This document shows positions 1 through 11,376 of a DNA stretch of 64,000 nucleotides, piece by piece (the first letter of the stretch is position 1; each line of letters begins with the position of its first letter). The stretch is from Entomortierella parvispora E1425 (Eukaryota; Fungi; Mortierellomycota). The notes beneath the pieces are model-generated. The model did no database searches, was not told where the DNA came from, and saw only the letters and a program-made list of their open reading frames with translations. The stretch covers positions 1,550,001 to 1,614,000 of the forward strand of contig BQFW01000001.1 in assembly GCA_020891255.1 (NCBI GenBank), given 5' to 3'. The translations under genes and the position numbers were made by a program.

Positions 1-56
1 GACAACAGGAAAACGCAAATTCAATTTTGGGTGTGCGCCAGGGGAAGCCAGGCACA

Positions 57-90
57 TAAGGCACAGAGGCACAGAGGCACAGAGGCACAG
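57..90. repeat. Short GGCACAGA-type 8-mer tandem repeat upstream of gene 1
   Basis: ggcacataag gcacagaggc acagaggcac agaggcacag is directly visible. Confidence 0.7.
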
Positions 91-425
91 GGGAGCAGTT
101 GTGCGGCAGAGTGCTCTGTTCTCTTTTTTCCCTCTTCCTCCTTCCTCTGCTCATCTGTTCCTCTCATCCCCCATCCATCGACATAGTTTATCCCGTCCGT
201 CCCTTGTTGCTCTGCACTGCTCGTCTCCTCTCTCCTCTCCTCTGCACGGCACAGCCCAGCCTAGCCCTCTCCATTCATTCTCTTTGCATTCCTGCCACTG
301 CAGCTCTGGTCTTGCGTCTCTTCCGCGGGTGACAGGGCAAGATAATAACCCAGCCACAAGCAAACGCAGTTCTCTTCTCCGTCCTCTCACTGACCACAGA
401 CAAGACCTCGCAACAAGAGTGCAAG

Positions 426-3346
426 ATGCCGTCGACACCATCGAGGCCTCTCTCGAACCAGCTCATCATCAACACCCATAATCTCTCTCAAGCTCATAAT
501 CGTGGCTCTCCTCGATCCGCCAGCGCCGGCAGTGGCGCTCATGTCTTTAAGGATTCGATGAGACCCCCTATCGAAAAAAGACAATCCTATGGACCCTCAA
601 ACCTGGGACCGAATGCACATGGTCAACACAACCTGGGAAACGGGAATGGATTCGCTCCTTCACCAAAAACAGGAGGCCCCGGTCACCATCCCAATGGCGG
701 CTTTCATTTCGGTCATCCTCAACGGTCTCGCCAGAGCTTGGCCCTGACGCTGTTGCGAGTCCTAGCAGGCGTGCCTGGCTTCCTTGGGTTGATGTACAGT
801 CTCAATGTTGCCTGGGAAAACAAAGTTGATGGATTTCAACGCCCAAGGCGCGCAGGGGATGCTTTGGATGGTACAAGCAATGACCTTCCACTGACGAGAT
901 CAGACTTTTGGGTCGCATCCATGTAAGCACAGCTGAACTACTGCATGATTGCATGATTGCATGATTGCATGATTGCATGATTGCATGATTGCATGATTGC
1001 ATGATTGCATGATTGCATGATTGCATGATTGCACCCACGACACCATTAGACATTGGCGCTCACCCACGTTTTGTTTATTCTGCTGTTATCTTAGGTGGGC
1101 AAGTAGACAACGCATGCTCTCTGCTGAAGCAGTCCTTCAAAGGCCGCAAACCGGGGACAGACAAAGGTGCTAACGACGTTCTCATCCCCCATTTCTATTT
1201 CTGTCTCGTGTATCAAAATAGTGCGCTCTTTCGGCCTACTGGGCTTTCTTGCTTACAACGGCATTGATACAGCGCTTGTTGCAATCATACCGTCCTCCTA
1301 ATGTTGTCCTTAGGATCGTGCTTTCGCATCTTGCAAGCTGGATCTGTATCGGTGTCATCATCCAGTCCAGACCAGCAACAGAACCAACCCGCCCCTGGGT
1401 CATTATCACCTTTCTTCAAGCCTTGCTCATCTTCGCCATCGTTTACTTACCATGGCTGAGGTCCTATATGCAGGCTGCTGGATTCCCTCAGTTGTCTGAG
1501 AAGCTCGTCAGTCACCCGTTGGAGGATGGATTTATGGGCAGAGAGATAGGAGGACGGTCGGCAACGAGGTACTTGGTCTTGCCTTTCATCATGGTAGGAC
1601 TTTGCTCATGGATGTTGATTATTACTCGTGGGCAGGCCGGTGGATTTGAAGGAAGGATGCCCCCATCTCAGGATGTTGTCTCTGGATCACCCTTATCAGG
1701 CTTCAGCGCCGAGGGCCTAACCCCGCCAACTGCCAGACTTCCGGGATCGCGCATTGTTATCTCTGTGATTGTCATGTCCTCGGCCACACCACAGGGTCGC
1801 GTCAACCGCCAATTATTCCGTGACACGACCCTGAAGCTCTTCCCCAGCCCTCGTAACCAAGCAGCAACGGTCCAATACCGCTTCGTGATCGGACACCCAC
1901 CTGAATCAGCAATGGCAGACATTCAGCGGGAACACGATTTGATGGACGACCTTTTGATGGTCGAGGATGCACCCGATACACCCGACGGCAAGAGTTTGAA
2001 GTTGTACAAGGCGATTCAGTGGGCAGACTCGCAGGATTTTGATTACCTCGTCAAGACAGAGGATGATGTGCTTGTACGCATGGACATTCTCAGTGGAGAG
2101 CTCTTCAAGCTCGGTCCTCGAAGCTGGTTCTGGAAGGGCCTTGTGTTCAAGTAAGTCTGACTCGGATGATCTGCTCCTCTCTTACTGTCATTTATATACT
2201 TGAGACGGAGTCTAACCTTTAACTGTTTATAGGAACGTTCCCAATACCCGCCTCGATGACATGGATTTGAAAGAGATGCCCAAGTTCACGGATGGAACTC
2301 TTACAACGCTCTCTCGCGACATTATCCGACTCTTGGCACAACCCGCACCCCGATACATGCTTGCAAGCAGTGCCCAGTCTCTTGGCATTTGGTTGCACGG
2401 TTACGGTATTAACCCCATCCACGACATTCGTATCCAGCCAGGTGCGTTTGTCTGCGAAGAGAACTTGATCGCAAAACACTTTGATAACGAGCCCAGTGTG
2501 ATGCGCCAACCTCATGAGGATCCTCGCACAATGGTGGATCGAATCAACAAGATCCGATCTGAACTCAAAGCCAACAAGAACAACCCTTCATTTGAGACCC
2601 AGCTTACAATCTGCGACGAAAGGATCCAGCGGCGATGTGCGCTCTGTTACAGGTGCACCAAGCGGGCCGCCAACTGGAAACACATGGGCTTTGACTGCAA
2701 GCCTGGTGGAGTGGTTGTGGGTGACAAGTACCGGAAACCAGAAATGTTGGACGCCAAACAGATGGATGAATTGTTGAACCGGCCCTCTACAGGCATCTCG
2801 GACGAATTGGAAATCATCCCTCTCAGAGATTCTAGACCTGAGGCACGATACCGTCAACAGCAACTGCAGCGAGAAGAGGAGCAACGGCAGCGAGAGTTGG
2901 AGTTGGAGCAGTTGAAGCAATTGGATGCTGCTGGCGAGGGCGAGGTCGAGGACGAGGACGATGGAGGTGCTTCCTCTGTTGAGGATGATACTTTGCAGTC
3001 GACAGAAGGAGGCAGTGAAGCAGGGGGTGATGAAGAGCCCGTTGTCGATGACTCTGCTGCGGAAAAGGGCATTAATGACGAAGATCAAGGAGACCAGGCG
3101 ATCGGGAACGAGGATGAGGGGACTGACCAAGGATCGGAAGAAGATGGAGACAACCGTGCCGACGGATCAGAGTCAACAGAGGATCAGGATTCACACGACG
3201 AATCTGAGATGCATATTTCTGACAAGGAGGTTGACTACCTGGATCGTCGTCAGGATAACGGTGTGAACGATGCTGTGCCTCCTGTGGTCAAGAAGTCGTT
3301 GTCGGGTTCAAAATCAAGCACGAAAAAGAAAACTGGTCGGTCATAG
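426..3346 (+). CDS. EOS1-like membrane domain fused to a GT31 (Galactosyl_T) glycosyltransferase domain, with an acidic tail
   Basis: Exons 426-922, 1095-1098 (microexon), 1222-2150 and 2233-3346. The spliced RSDFWVASMWCALSAYWAFLLTTAL..LRIVLSHLASW resembles EOS1-family TM segments. VIVMSS..R..FR.T, YRFVIG, KSLKLYKAIQWA and FDYLVKTEDDVLV match GT31 motifs. Confidence 0.75.
942..1033. repeat. (TGCATGAT)11 intronic 8-mer array
   Basis: 11 perfect copies plus TGCA inside intron 1 of gene 1. Confidence 0.97.
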
Positions 3347-3857
3347 GGACGTCGTGACGACGACGACGACTCATGCTTGCTAGTTTTTCAATTCTATACC
3401 AATACTCTCCTGCATTTTACTGCCATTCTCCTCTCTTTCTCCCCTCCCGTTTTGATATCTCCATCTATTATTTTATCTATCTTACGTTGACCGATTAGTC
3501 ATGTTTTTTTTTTTGTTTTGTTTTCTTGCCATGCTACCAGGCACAAAAGTATCTACAAATATACTCTAAAGAGTTGAAAAGAGAAAATGGACTTGCAAGC
3601 TGCCCCCAATGTCAAATCCACGGTCTAGTGAAAGATGGCAAGTTGCTCCGCGTATTTTCTCAATGATCTTAAGAGAGTTTCATGGCAGAGGCGATAATGT
3701 CCTAGGAAGTGAGATCGCCTTTTCTCATCAGAGATGGCTTCTTTGACACACTTAGGCTAGTAAGATGTGAACGCGTTTCTAAACAGCGGGCTTGATACCT
3801 CGCGATATGCATGTCACAGTTCTCAATTGGCGACTTCTCACTGGCGAGACTGATCCA

Positions 3858-6800
3858 TGCTAGCACCTCGTGCCATATTCCTCTTTTCTATCAGCCATAC
3901 AGCCTGGCATAGAACGTGTCCACAGAATCTCAAGCACCAAGATAGTACCAATGCCGACGATGATTGATTTCTGCGATTCTCCAGAAGGGTCAGACTGACA
4001 ACATATGTACCAAAGCCTCGCCAAGGCCAAGGTTTTGGAGCGCGAGACCAAGGAGAAGTTGTACAAGAGCATCATGGAGCAGATCAAGACCATCAGGAAC
4101 CCTGGTGAGGTCAGAATCCTGATCGAGAAGGCCATGACTATTCTCCAAAACGGATTCCCCCAGGTCAAGGACTTGGCCGCCATGACCGAGGCCGAACTGA
4201 TTGCCGCCTTTGACGATGCTTATGGAAGGGCTCTCGCTCGCGTCGCCCAGGAGATCGAGATGATGCAGAAGTTCCAGACCGACGACGAGTACCAGAAAAT
4301 GTACGAAAACATCAAGAAGGCCGTCGTTTTGAAACAGAAGGTCGTTGAAGATCTTGCCCAGAATGTCATGCAGTAAGTCAAGTACCTCAAGAACGTCGGT
4401 GAAGTCAGAATTCTGACCAGCAAGATCATCGCTGAGTTTGGATCAAGATTCCCCAAGCATGAAGACTTGGTCAGCATGACTGGGGCTCAGGTGATTGCTG
4501 CCATTGAGGACGCTCGCGTATATGCTCTTGCTCGTCTTGCCCAGGAAGTCGAGATGCTCCAGAAGTACCAGACCGATGACGAGTACCAGAAGAACCAGGC
4601 TACCCAAAAGGCCGAGGACCTTAGATACAATGCCGTTGACAAGATTGTCGAGACTATCAATGAGAAGATCAAGCAAATCGTAAACCGCCTCATGGGTCAG
4701 GCTACCTACTACGCCGCCCGTGATGTCACTGGTGACGTGGTCGAGAAAGCCCTGGCTGATTTCAACGCAAGACTCCCCCCATGGAGGAGATGTCTAAAAT
4801 GAACGAGGCTCAATTGGCCGCCCTCTTTGACAAGGCTCATGATGCCACTATCACCTTCGTGACCAAGGAGATCGAGGAATTCGCCAAAACCGCCACTCCA
4901 GAGGATATCTTGCTCAATGAGTCTCAGATCAGGGAGTTCATGGCCACCGCTCAGATCAGGATCGATGCAGCTATCGCCAAGGCTCTTGTTTCCTTGAACA
5001 ATGCCGATATTGTTGAAAAGGAGGCCACCAAGGTCAAGGAGAGATTTGAGGCATGGCTCCCTGAGATGGATTCGCTCTTGACTATGGACCTCGAGCAGTT
5101 CACCTGTGCCATCAAAAACGCCGAGGATAAGGCCATGGCGCTGCTTGCCGCTGATGTCGAGGAGTTGTTGAAGCCAGTCATCCCCGATCCTGAGGACAAG
5201 GTTGTTCTGGCCGATATCACCACTGCAGCGAAGAATGTCGTTGACGAGCTGAACGCTGCTATCGCTCCCGCCCTGAAGGATGTGGCGGACAAAGAAGCTG
5301 CTAAGAAGTTGATCGACTCGATTGAGGCAATGTTTGCGGAGCAGCTTGGTAATAGCTCGGAGTACTTGGGGTTGAGCAAGGCCGTCCTGGAATCTGCTAC
5401 CAAGGACGCCAAGAAGGCTACCCTAGTTCTCCTTTCCGTTCAAGTCAACGAGTTGAAGAAAACCCATGTTACCGAGGTTATGATCACTGATGCCAAGTCT
5501 AGCACTATCAACATGCTCACCAACGCTGTCCAGAATGCCTTCAAGAACCATGCTGACAAGATCGAAGAGGAGGTCAAGAAGATCACGGCTGCGTTTAATG
5601 CCCAGCTCCTCGCTATGGATGATCTCTTGAAGATGGCCAAGGGTGGTGTGGTGACCGCTTTCAAGAGCGCTGAGGAGACTGCCCCTGCTGTTCTCTTCGC
5701 CGATATCGACGAGTTGTCAAAGGAGATCCCATCCAAGGTCGATCCGGATATGGTCAAAAATGCCTTGGCCGAGTCTGTTGACAAGATTGCTAGAGCTGTC
5801 GAAGAGGCCTACAAGCCCTTGGCGCCTGCCCAGGTTGCTGAGGAGATGCGGAAGCTCAAGAGCACGTTCGAGAACTCGCTCCCTGAAATGGAGAAGTTCT
5901 TGCTCATGTCTGCGGCTGACGTGAAGAGCATTATCCTTCAGGCTGAGATGGCCGTTCTCGCTCTCCTTGACGCCGATGAGGAAGATTTGTCAAAGCCCGT
6001 TATTCATCTCGATTCCTCCAAGATCACTGAAGCCAAGTCTGCAGCTATTGCCAAGCTCACCAAAGCTGTCACCGAGGCCTTTGCTTACATCAAGAACCCC
6101 GACAAGGTTAGGGAGCAGCTGGACGGTGTCTTGAGCGCGTTTAACAACAAGACCCCTTCTCCTACTGTCTCAGTGATGTCCGAGGCTGATATGAAGGCTG
6201 CTGTTGCTGAGGCTGAGCAGACCGCTTTCGTCTACCTGGCCGCCCAAGTCGAGAAGTTGAAGCCTATTGCTGGAGAGAAGGTCAAGCCCGAGGAAATCAC
6301 CAAAGCCATGAGCCACGTTTATTCCAGGATCGCCGAAGCTGTTACCAAGGCCCTTGAGCCCTTGAACAATCCTAGTCTCGTTGAAGAGGAAATCAAGGGT
6401 ATCAAATCTAGTTTTGAGAAACATCTCAATAAGGTCGACTTGTTGGAGATGACCGCTTCTGAGATGAAGGACGCCATCCAGTATGCCGAGGACTTCGCCA
6501 TGGCAGACTCGACCGATAATGTGGAGGAGATCATGAAGGAGGACCAACTTAGTGCCGTCGATGAATCCATGATCGTTGCTGCCAAGCAGAATGCTGTTAA
6601 TGAGATCAAGTCGACTATCGCTCAGATCCTCAAAGACTTGAACGATCGCGAGTCCGCTACGGATTTGCTCAACGCAGTTCAGAGCCGTTTTGAGAACGAA
6701 CTCGAAGATTACGAGAATCTTTTGAAGTTGAGCCAGAAGGACCTGGCGACCGCCATCCAGGACGCTAAGAAGGCTGCCCTCAGTTCCTTGAGATCCGATG

Positions 6801-7531
6801 CCCAGCACCTCATTAAGACACAGCTCCCCAAGTCCACTCCCATTACCGCAGCTCCCACTATTGCAGCGAGTCCTTCCCCAATCCCTGCCAAGGACGGCAA
6901 GGACAGCAAGGATGGCAAGGGTGACAAGGGTACTGATGCCCCTCTCGAGGATAGCCACCCCATCAATGCCAACCCCGAGGTTGGTAAGGACACTAAGACC
7001 ACCTCCGAGGCTGGCCGCCCTACTGAGAACCCTTCCGAAGGTACTCCCAATGGTAAAAACGGTGACAATGCTGATGTCGATCCCAATGCCGACGAGAAGG
7101 ATTCCGAAGCAGAGAAGAACAAGAAAGCCGCTGTCTTGAAGCAAAAGGAGAAGGATGGGGCTGAGAAGGATGGCAGCGGCGGCAAAGGTGGCAAGGCTGA
7201 CAAGCCTGAAGTGCCTGAAAAGCATGGCAAGCCAGAAGAGCACGAAGAGCACGAAGAACATGGCGAGTCCACCAGCCACGACTCCAGTTCCTCCTCTTCG
7301 TCCAGCCACGACTCCAGTTCCTCCTCTTCGTCCAGCCACGACTCCAGTTCCTCCTCTTCGTCCAGCCACGATGATGGCAACACCAAGCCTCGCAAGACCA
7401 AAGACAATGACTCTCTCAGGCCCGCCAAGAAGGAGGAAGAGGACTCCAAGAAGGAGGAGGAGGACTCCAAGAAGCACGGCTGCGGTGCCTCTTCCACCAC
7501 CACCACCACCGATGCTAGTGAGAGCGACTAA
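3858..7531 (+). pseudogene. Large alpha-helical repeat protein (~90-aa units) with a disrupted 5' part; intact ORF 4781-7531
   Basis: Repeat-homologous coding sequence continues across a frame change at ~4003, an in-frame TAA at 4374-4376 and a -1 shift in the C6 run at 4775-4780. The C-terminus is D/K/S/E-rich. The 5' start is uncertain. Confidence 0.65.
7272..7370 (+). repeat. 30-bp coding tandem repeat x3 (SHDSSSSSSS)
   Basis: ccagccacgactccagttcctcctcttcgt is repeated three times. Confidence 0.92.
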
Positions 7532-7897
7532 GTTTTTTTTTCATTGAATTTGTTCCCTTTTCTTGACACCAAAAAAAAAAAAAATCTCCACACCATTGCA
7601 TTTTTTAGATAACGACCCCAGTATTATTTAGCATTGGTCCCGCCTTTATATTTCATGAATAGCTTTCTGTAACGGCAAAAAAAAAAAGATCTTTGGATCT
7701 TAATAAAAGAAAAAAAAAAACAACTTGGACTGCAAAAAACACATGGAAGGGCATTGGTACTATTGACTTTTTTTTCACTTTTCTTTTTCTCAGGTTGTCT
7801 CATGGTTTATTTAGAAATGTACAAATATTAAAAAGACATTGAAAAAAAAGGAAAAAAAGGAAAGAAGGACATTATGATCATGAATATGAACATCTAA

Positions 7898-10800
7898 TCA
7901 TACAATAACGGTCAACTGCTGCAGCTCCAGCAATTGATCACCCAAGCGCCGCTGGAGTCCCTTCAAATGGCCCAATAAACCGGGGATGACTTCAACTGAG
8001 AATCGAACATGGTCTTGCTCCCCATGTTTGAACATGTACTGTCGTGCCACATCCGACCCCAGTCCTTCCATAAGGATATCCTTCAGCACTTGCATGTGTC
8101 GGTCAGAAGGAATGGGCGAGATTACGCCCACAGAGGGTGAGAGGCCGCCCCCTGTGCTCGAAGAAGATGGTTGTCGTCGGCTGTAGCTCTGATAGTCATC
8201 GTCCTCGTCATCTTCATGGTCGTCGTCATCATCGTCACCATCATCAATGTTGCCATGACGAGACGTGCGAGCGTATCTCGCTCCATTCGAGGGTGCAGCG
8301 GCTGTAGGCTCATGATTGTAACTGTGACGATGGCGATATTTTTGATACCGGCGAAAAGAGGCATTCATTTCCTCAGGCGTACCATAGCCACCGTTGAATC
8401 CCTTTGTTGGCAGAGTAGGCCGAGGAGGCGACTGGAATCCCACTGGCAATGGCGTCACTGGACTAGCGGAGCGACCACTCAATCCTGCAGAGCTACTTTG
8501 ATTCTCCTTGGGCACAGTTGTTGTCTCTGGCTTTCTCCTCCAAGTCTTTGGCGACAATGGGTTTGGGAACCTTCCAATAGCTGTTCCTTCCACTGCGGCC
8601 TCAATGTCGATCTTTAGCGAGCGATGCTTGTTCTGCTGTCTGGGTGTTTCTTCTTCTTCTACAGCTGTAATACAACCATCCTCATCCATGGATCCTGCAA
8701 GAGTTGTGCCCGTGAGACTGGATGATGGAGAGAGGGTTCTGGATTGAGCTGTCAACGACGTTGTCCGGATGGGGATAGCAGTGGGTGCTGCTGACTGTAC
8801 ATGGACCAATTGTTGCTGCTCCTGATTAGGGGGTGATGAAGGTGCTGACGGTACTGTAACGGTAGAGAGGTCTGGTCTCCGGGACCTGCTCTCCTTGGTC
8901 GCTAGCGCCTCTGCTTGATGAGCCTTTCCTGAAACGAGTGAAAGCGGTCCAGCCGCAAGCGCACTCATATGCGATGGTTGTTGTTGTCGTTGTCCGCTGA
9001 TAGACTTGCTACCTGTTGGTGAGACTGGGGTTGTCGCTGTTGTTGCTGCCATTGTAGTACTTGTCTGGGCGATTTCTCCGAGATCAATAATCACCTCTGC
9101 TTGCTCCCAATCCCGTTGGAAGAGCTCTGACAAGTCTTGATGCTTCTTTGGGTTCCTGGCTTTCAAGGATGAGGATGCCAGTCGAAGAGAGGCTCTTAGG
9201 TTCTTGAGATCTGTAAATAATATATTGAAGCAGGCGCATTTATTAGCATGTGCCACTAATCCACGGGTCAGCCCCTTTCATTCTGCTCACCTTCAATCTG
9301 CGACGCAAAATCTTTGATGTTGTAGATATCCATCTGGAGGGAGACTTGGCTTTCGGCCACTTGGGATGGCACATTGATATCGGACGATCCAATGTCAAAA
9401 TCCTCATCCCAGTTTTCACTCGGAGCAGACGACATCTTGGAGAATCCAGGGGGAAGGTTCTCTGCTGGCAGGGACATGCAGCGTTGACGACCCCTCAAAC
9501 TGTTCAATGCCGAACTCGACTGCTTTTTATGATAGGTCTTGGGCGACATGGACGAGCTGCCACCACCCGTGGCAGTGAGGGGCAAAGTCACAGTTGAGTA
9601 AGATGTTGGTCGCTGCGTCTCAGCAGAGTACATGGGACTGGACGAGGGAGCTCCATTATCGGATTGGATGTCCCAATCTTCATCCTCATCTTCACCTTCG
9701 TCGTCGCTGTTGCGGAGTCGATCGTCTTCATCGTCTGTTTGAATAAAGGCCTGAGCATGCGGCCGGACAATCTCTGAGGCGTGGACTTGGACATGTTGCT
9801 GTTGCTGTTGTTGTTGTTGACGGTTTGTCCGAAGCGCTTGATTGCCAGTCTGATATGCCTCGTAATCCTTGTAGCCTTCCAGACTGGCTACTGCCTGCTG
9901 CCTGGCGATCGCCTTCATGCTTTCCTTGGCAGCACGCGATGACGACCCTCCTCCTGTTCCATGGCGAGAGCCATGATGGTGGTGGTGACTGTAATCCTGG
10001 AACGACACTCTTTGAGATCCTTCAGTGGTCCGTCGAAGATCATCGTCATCGTCCACATCCGAGAACGACTGGTTCCCTTCCGAGAAGTCCGTTCCGCTCA
10101 TGCTCAATCGCATCGGCACTCCCATCTGATCTGCAGGTGAAGGCTGGCGTGTGTGCTCCATCGAGGTCTCGGCAGTAGTGGGCTGAAGTGGTGGCTCCCT
10201 CATATCTTCTGGAGGGCGATCCTGATCCTGATCCTGATCCGGATCCTGAACCCATCGTCTGTTCAACCCGGACGGTTTAGACCAATGAAAAATGGTCGAG
10301 TCATTCCATATCCGTCTAAGCCGACTGGCCTCCTTCAGTTGGTGTTTTTGAGGATACCACGACGATGGGCTCAAGAGAGGTGGTTGCAGAGTCCCTGGCC
10401 TTGACCCTGATGAGGACGATAAAAAGGGACCAGGTGCGTCCGTGGTCGGAGAATTGAGGTAACAGAGGCATCGGGGCTGTGGTTTTTGCTCTTTGATCTT
10501 TTTCTTTCTAGGGGAGCGAAAGGGGTTGCTAATATAGCTCTCGCTATCAGACCCTTGATTGTACGAACCAGTCGACAGCGAGAGGGAGACAGTCGAGTAC
10601 GACGAAAGGCGGGAGGACATGGATTCTGAAGTGGTAATGGTCTGCCGCCAAGATTCCATATTGGTTGATGGTGCGGGTTCCTCGTAATGTTCCAAAAGGA
10701 TTTTATCGGGTCGGACAACGAGGGGATGGATGATTGTTGGTGGGAGGATGTAGTTGGGACCAACAGACGGCGAGGTGTGGATCTGACAACGGCGTGGTTT

Positions 10801-11376
10801 TTGCCGGAAAAGACGGAAGCGTTTATGTACATTGCATTGCTGCTGGAAGATATGAGAGGGACATTGGGCCTGTTGATGAAGGGATGGATGCTGAGGATCA
10901 TCCCGGAGCTGAGGGCAGTTCAGAGGCGAGCATGGCACAGTCTCTTTAGCCTGGAGTGGCCGTGCAAAGACTTGGCCCAGGGCAGAGGCTGTGCCGACAG
11001 CACCGGACGCAAAGACAAGCTTTTGAGGGCGACCCAGTCGAGTCATTGCAGGTGAGCATGGTGCAGAGACGGACAAGGGGTGAAGGCGAGGTCGAGTGAA
11101 GGAGCGCAGGGGAGGGATGAGCGGGTCATTGGGGGTTGTGGAAGGAGTGGCGGGAACGGGAGGAGCAAGTGTGGTTGGATGGGTCCATTGGGTCGGGAGA
11201 GGTCGACGGCGTGGTACAAGGGGAGGACGGCCAACGTAGAATCGGGGGCGAGCAGAGGAAGGTGAGGTCGACGAAGAAGAGTTGGCAGAAGAGGCAGAAG
11301 AGACAGAAGAGGCAGAAGAGGCAGAAGAGGCGGAAGGGAGAGAGAAGAAGGACAGATCAGGAACGGAGAAGGACAT
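7898..11376 (-). CDS. Fungal protein of unknown function, mostly low complexity, with a WDEDF..SLQMDIYNIKDFASQIEDLK motif and a conserved-looking C-terminal helix
   Basis: Exons 11376-9291 and 9210-7898 are joined by a GTGAG..CAG intron (9211-9290) that restores IE-DLK. The ATG at 11376 is preferred over the upstream CT-rich in-frame stretch. Confidence 0.7.

Noticed and set aside
6170-7509. Long antisense ORFs (also 19547-20617, 41974-42609, 57879-59279)
   Set aside because: Shadow frames of biased-codon or repetitive sense genes.
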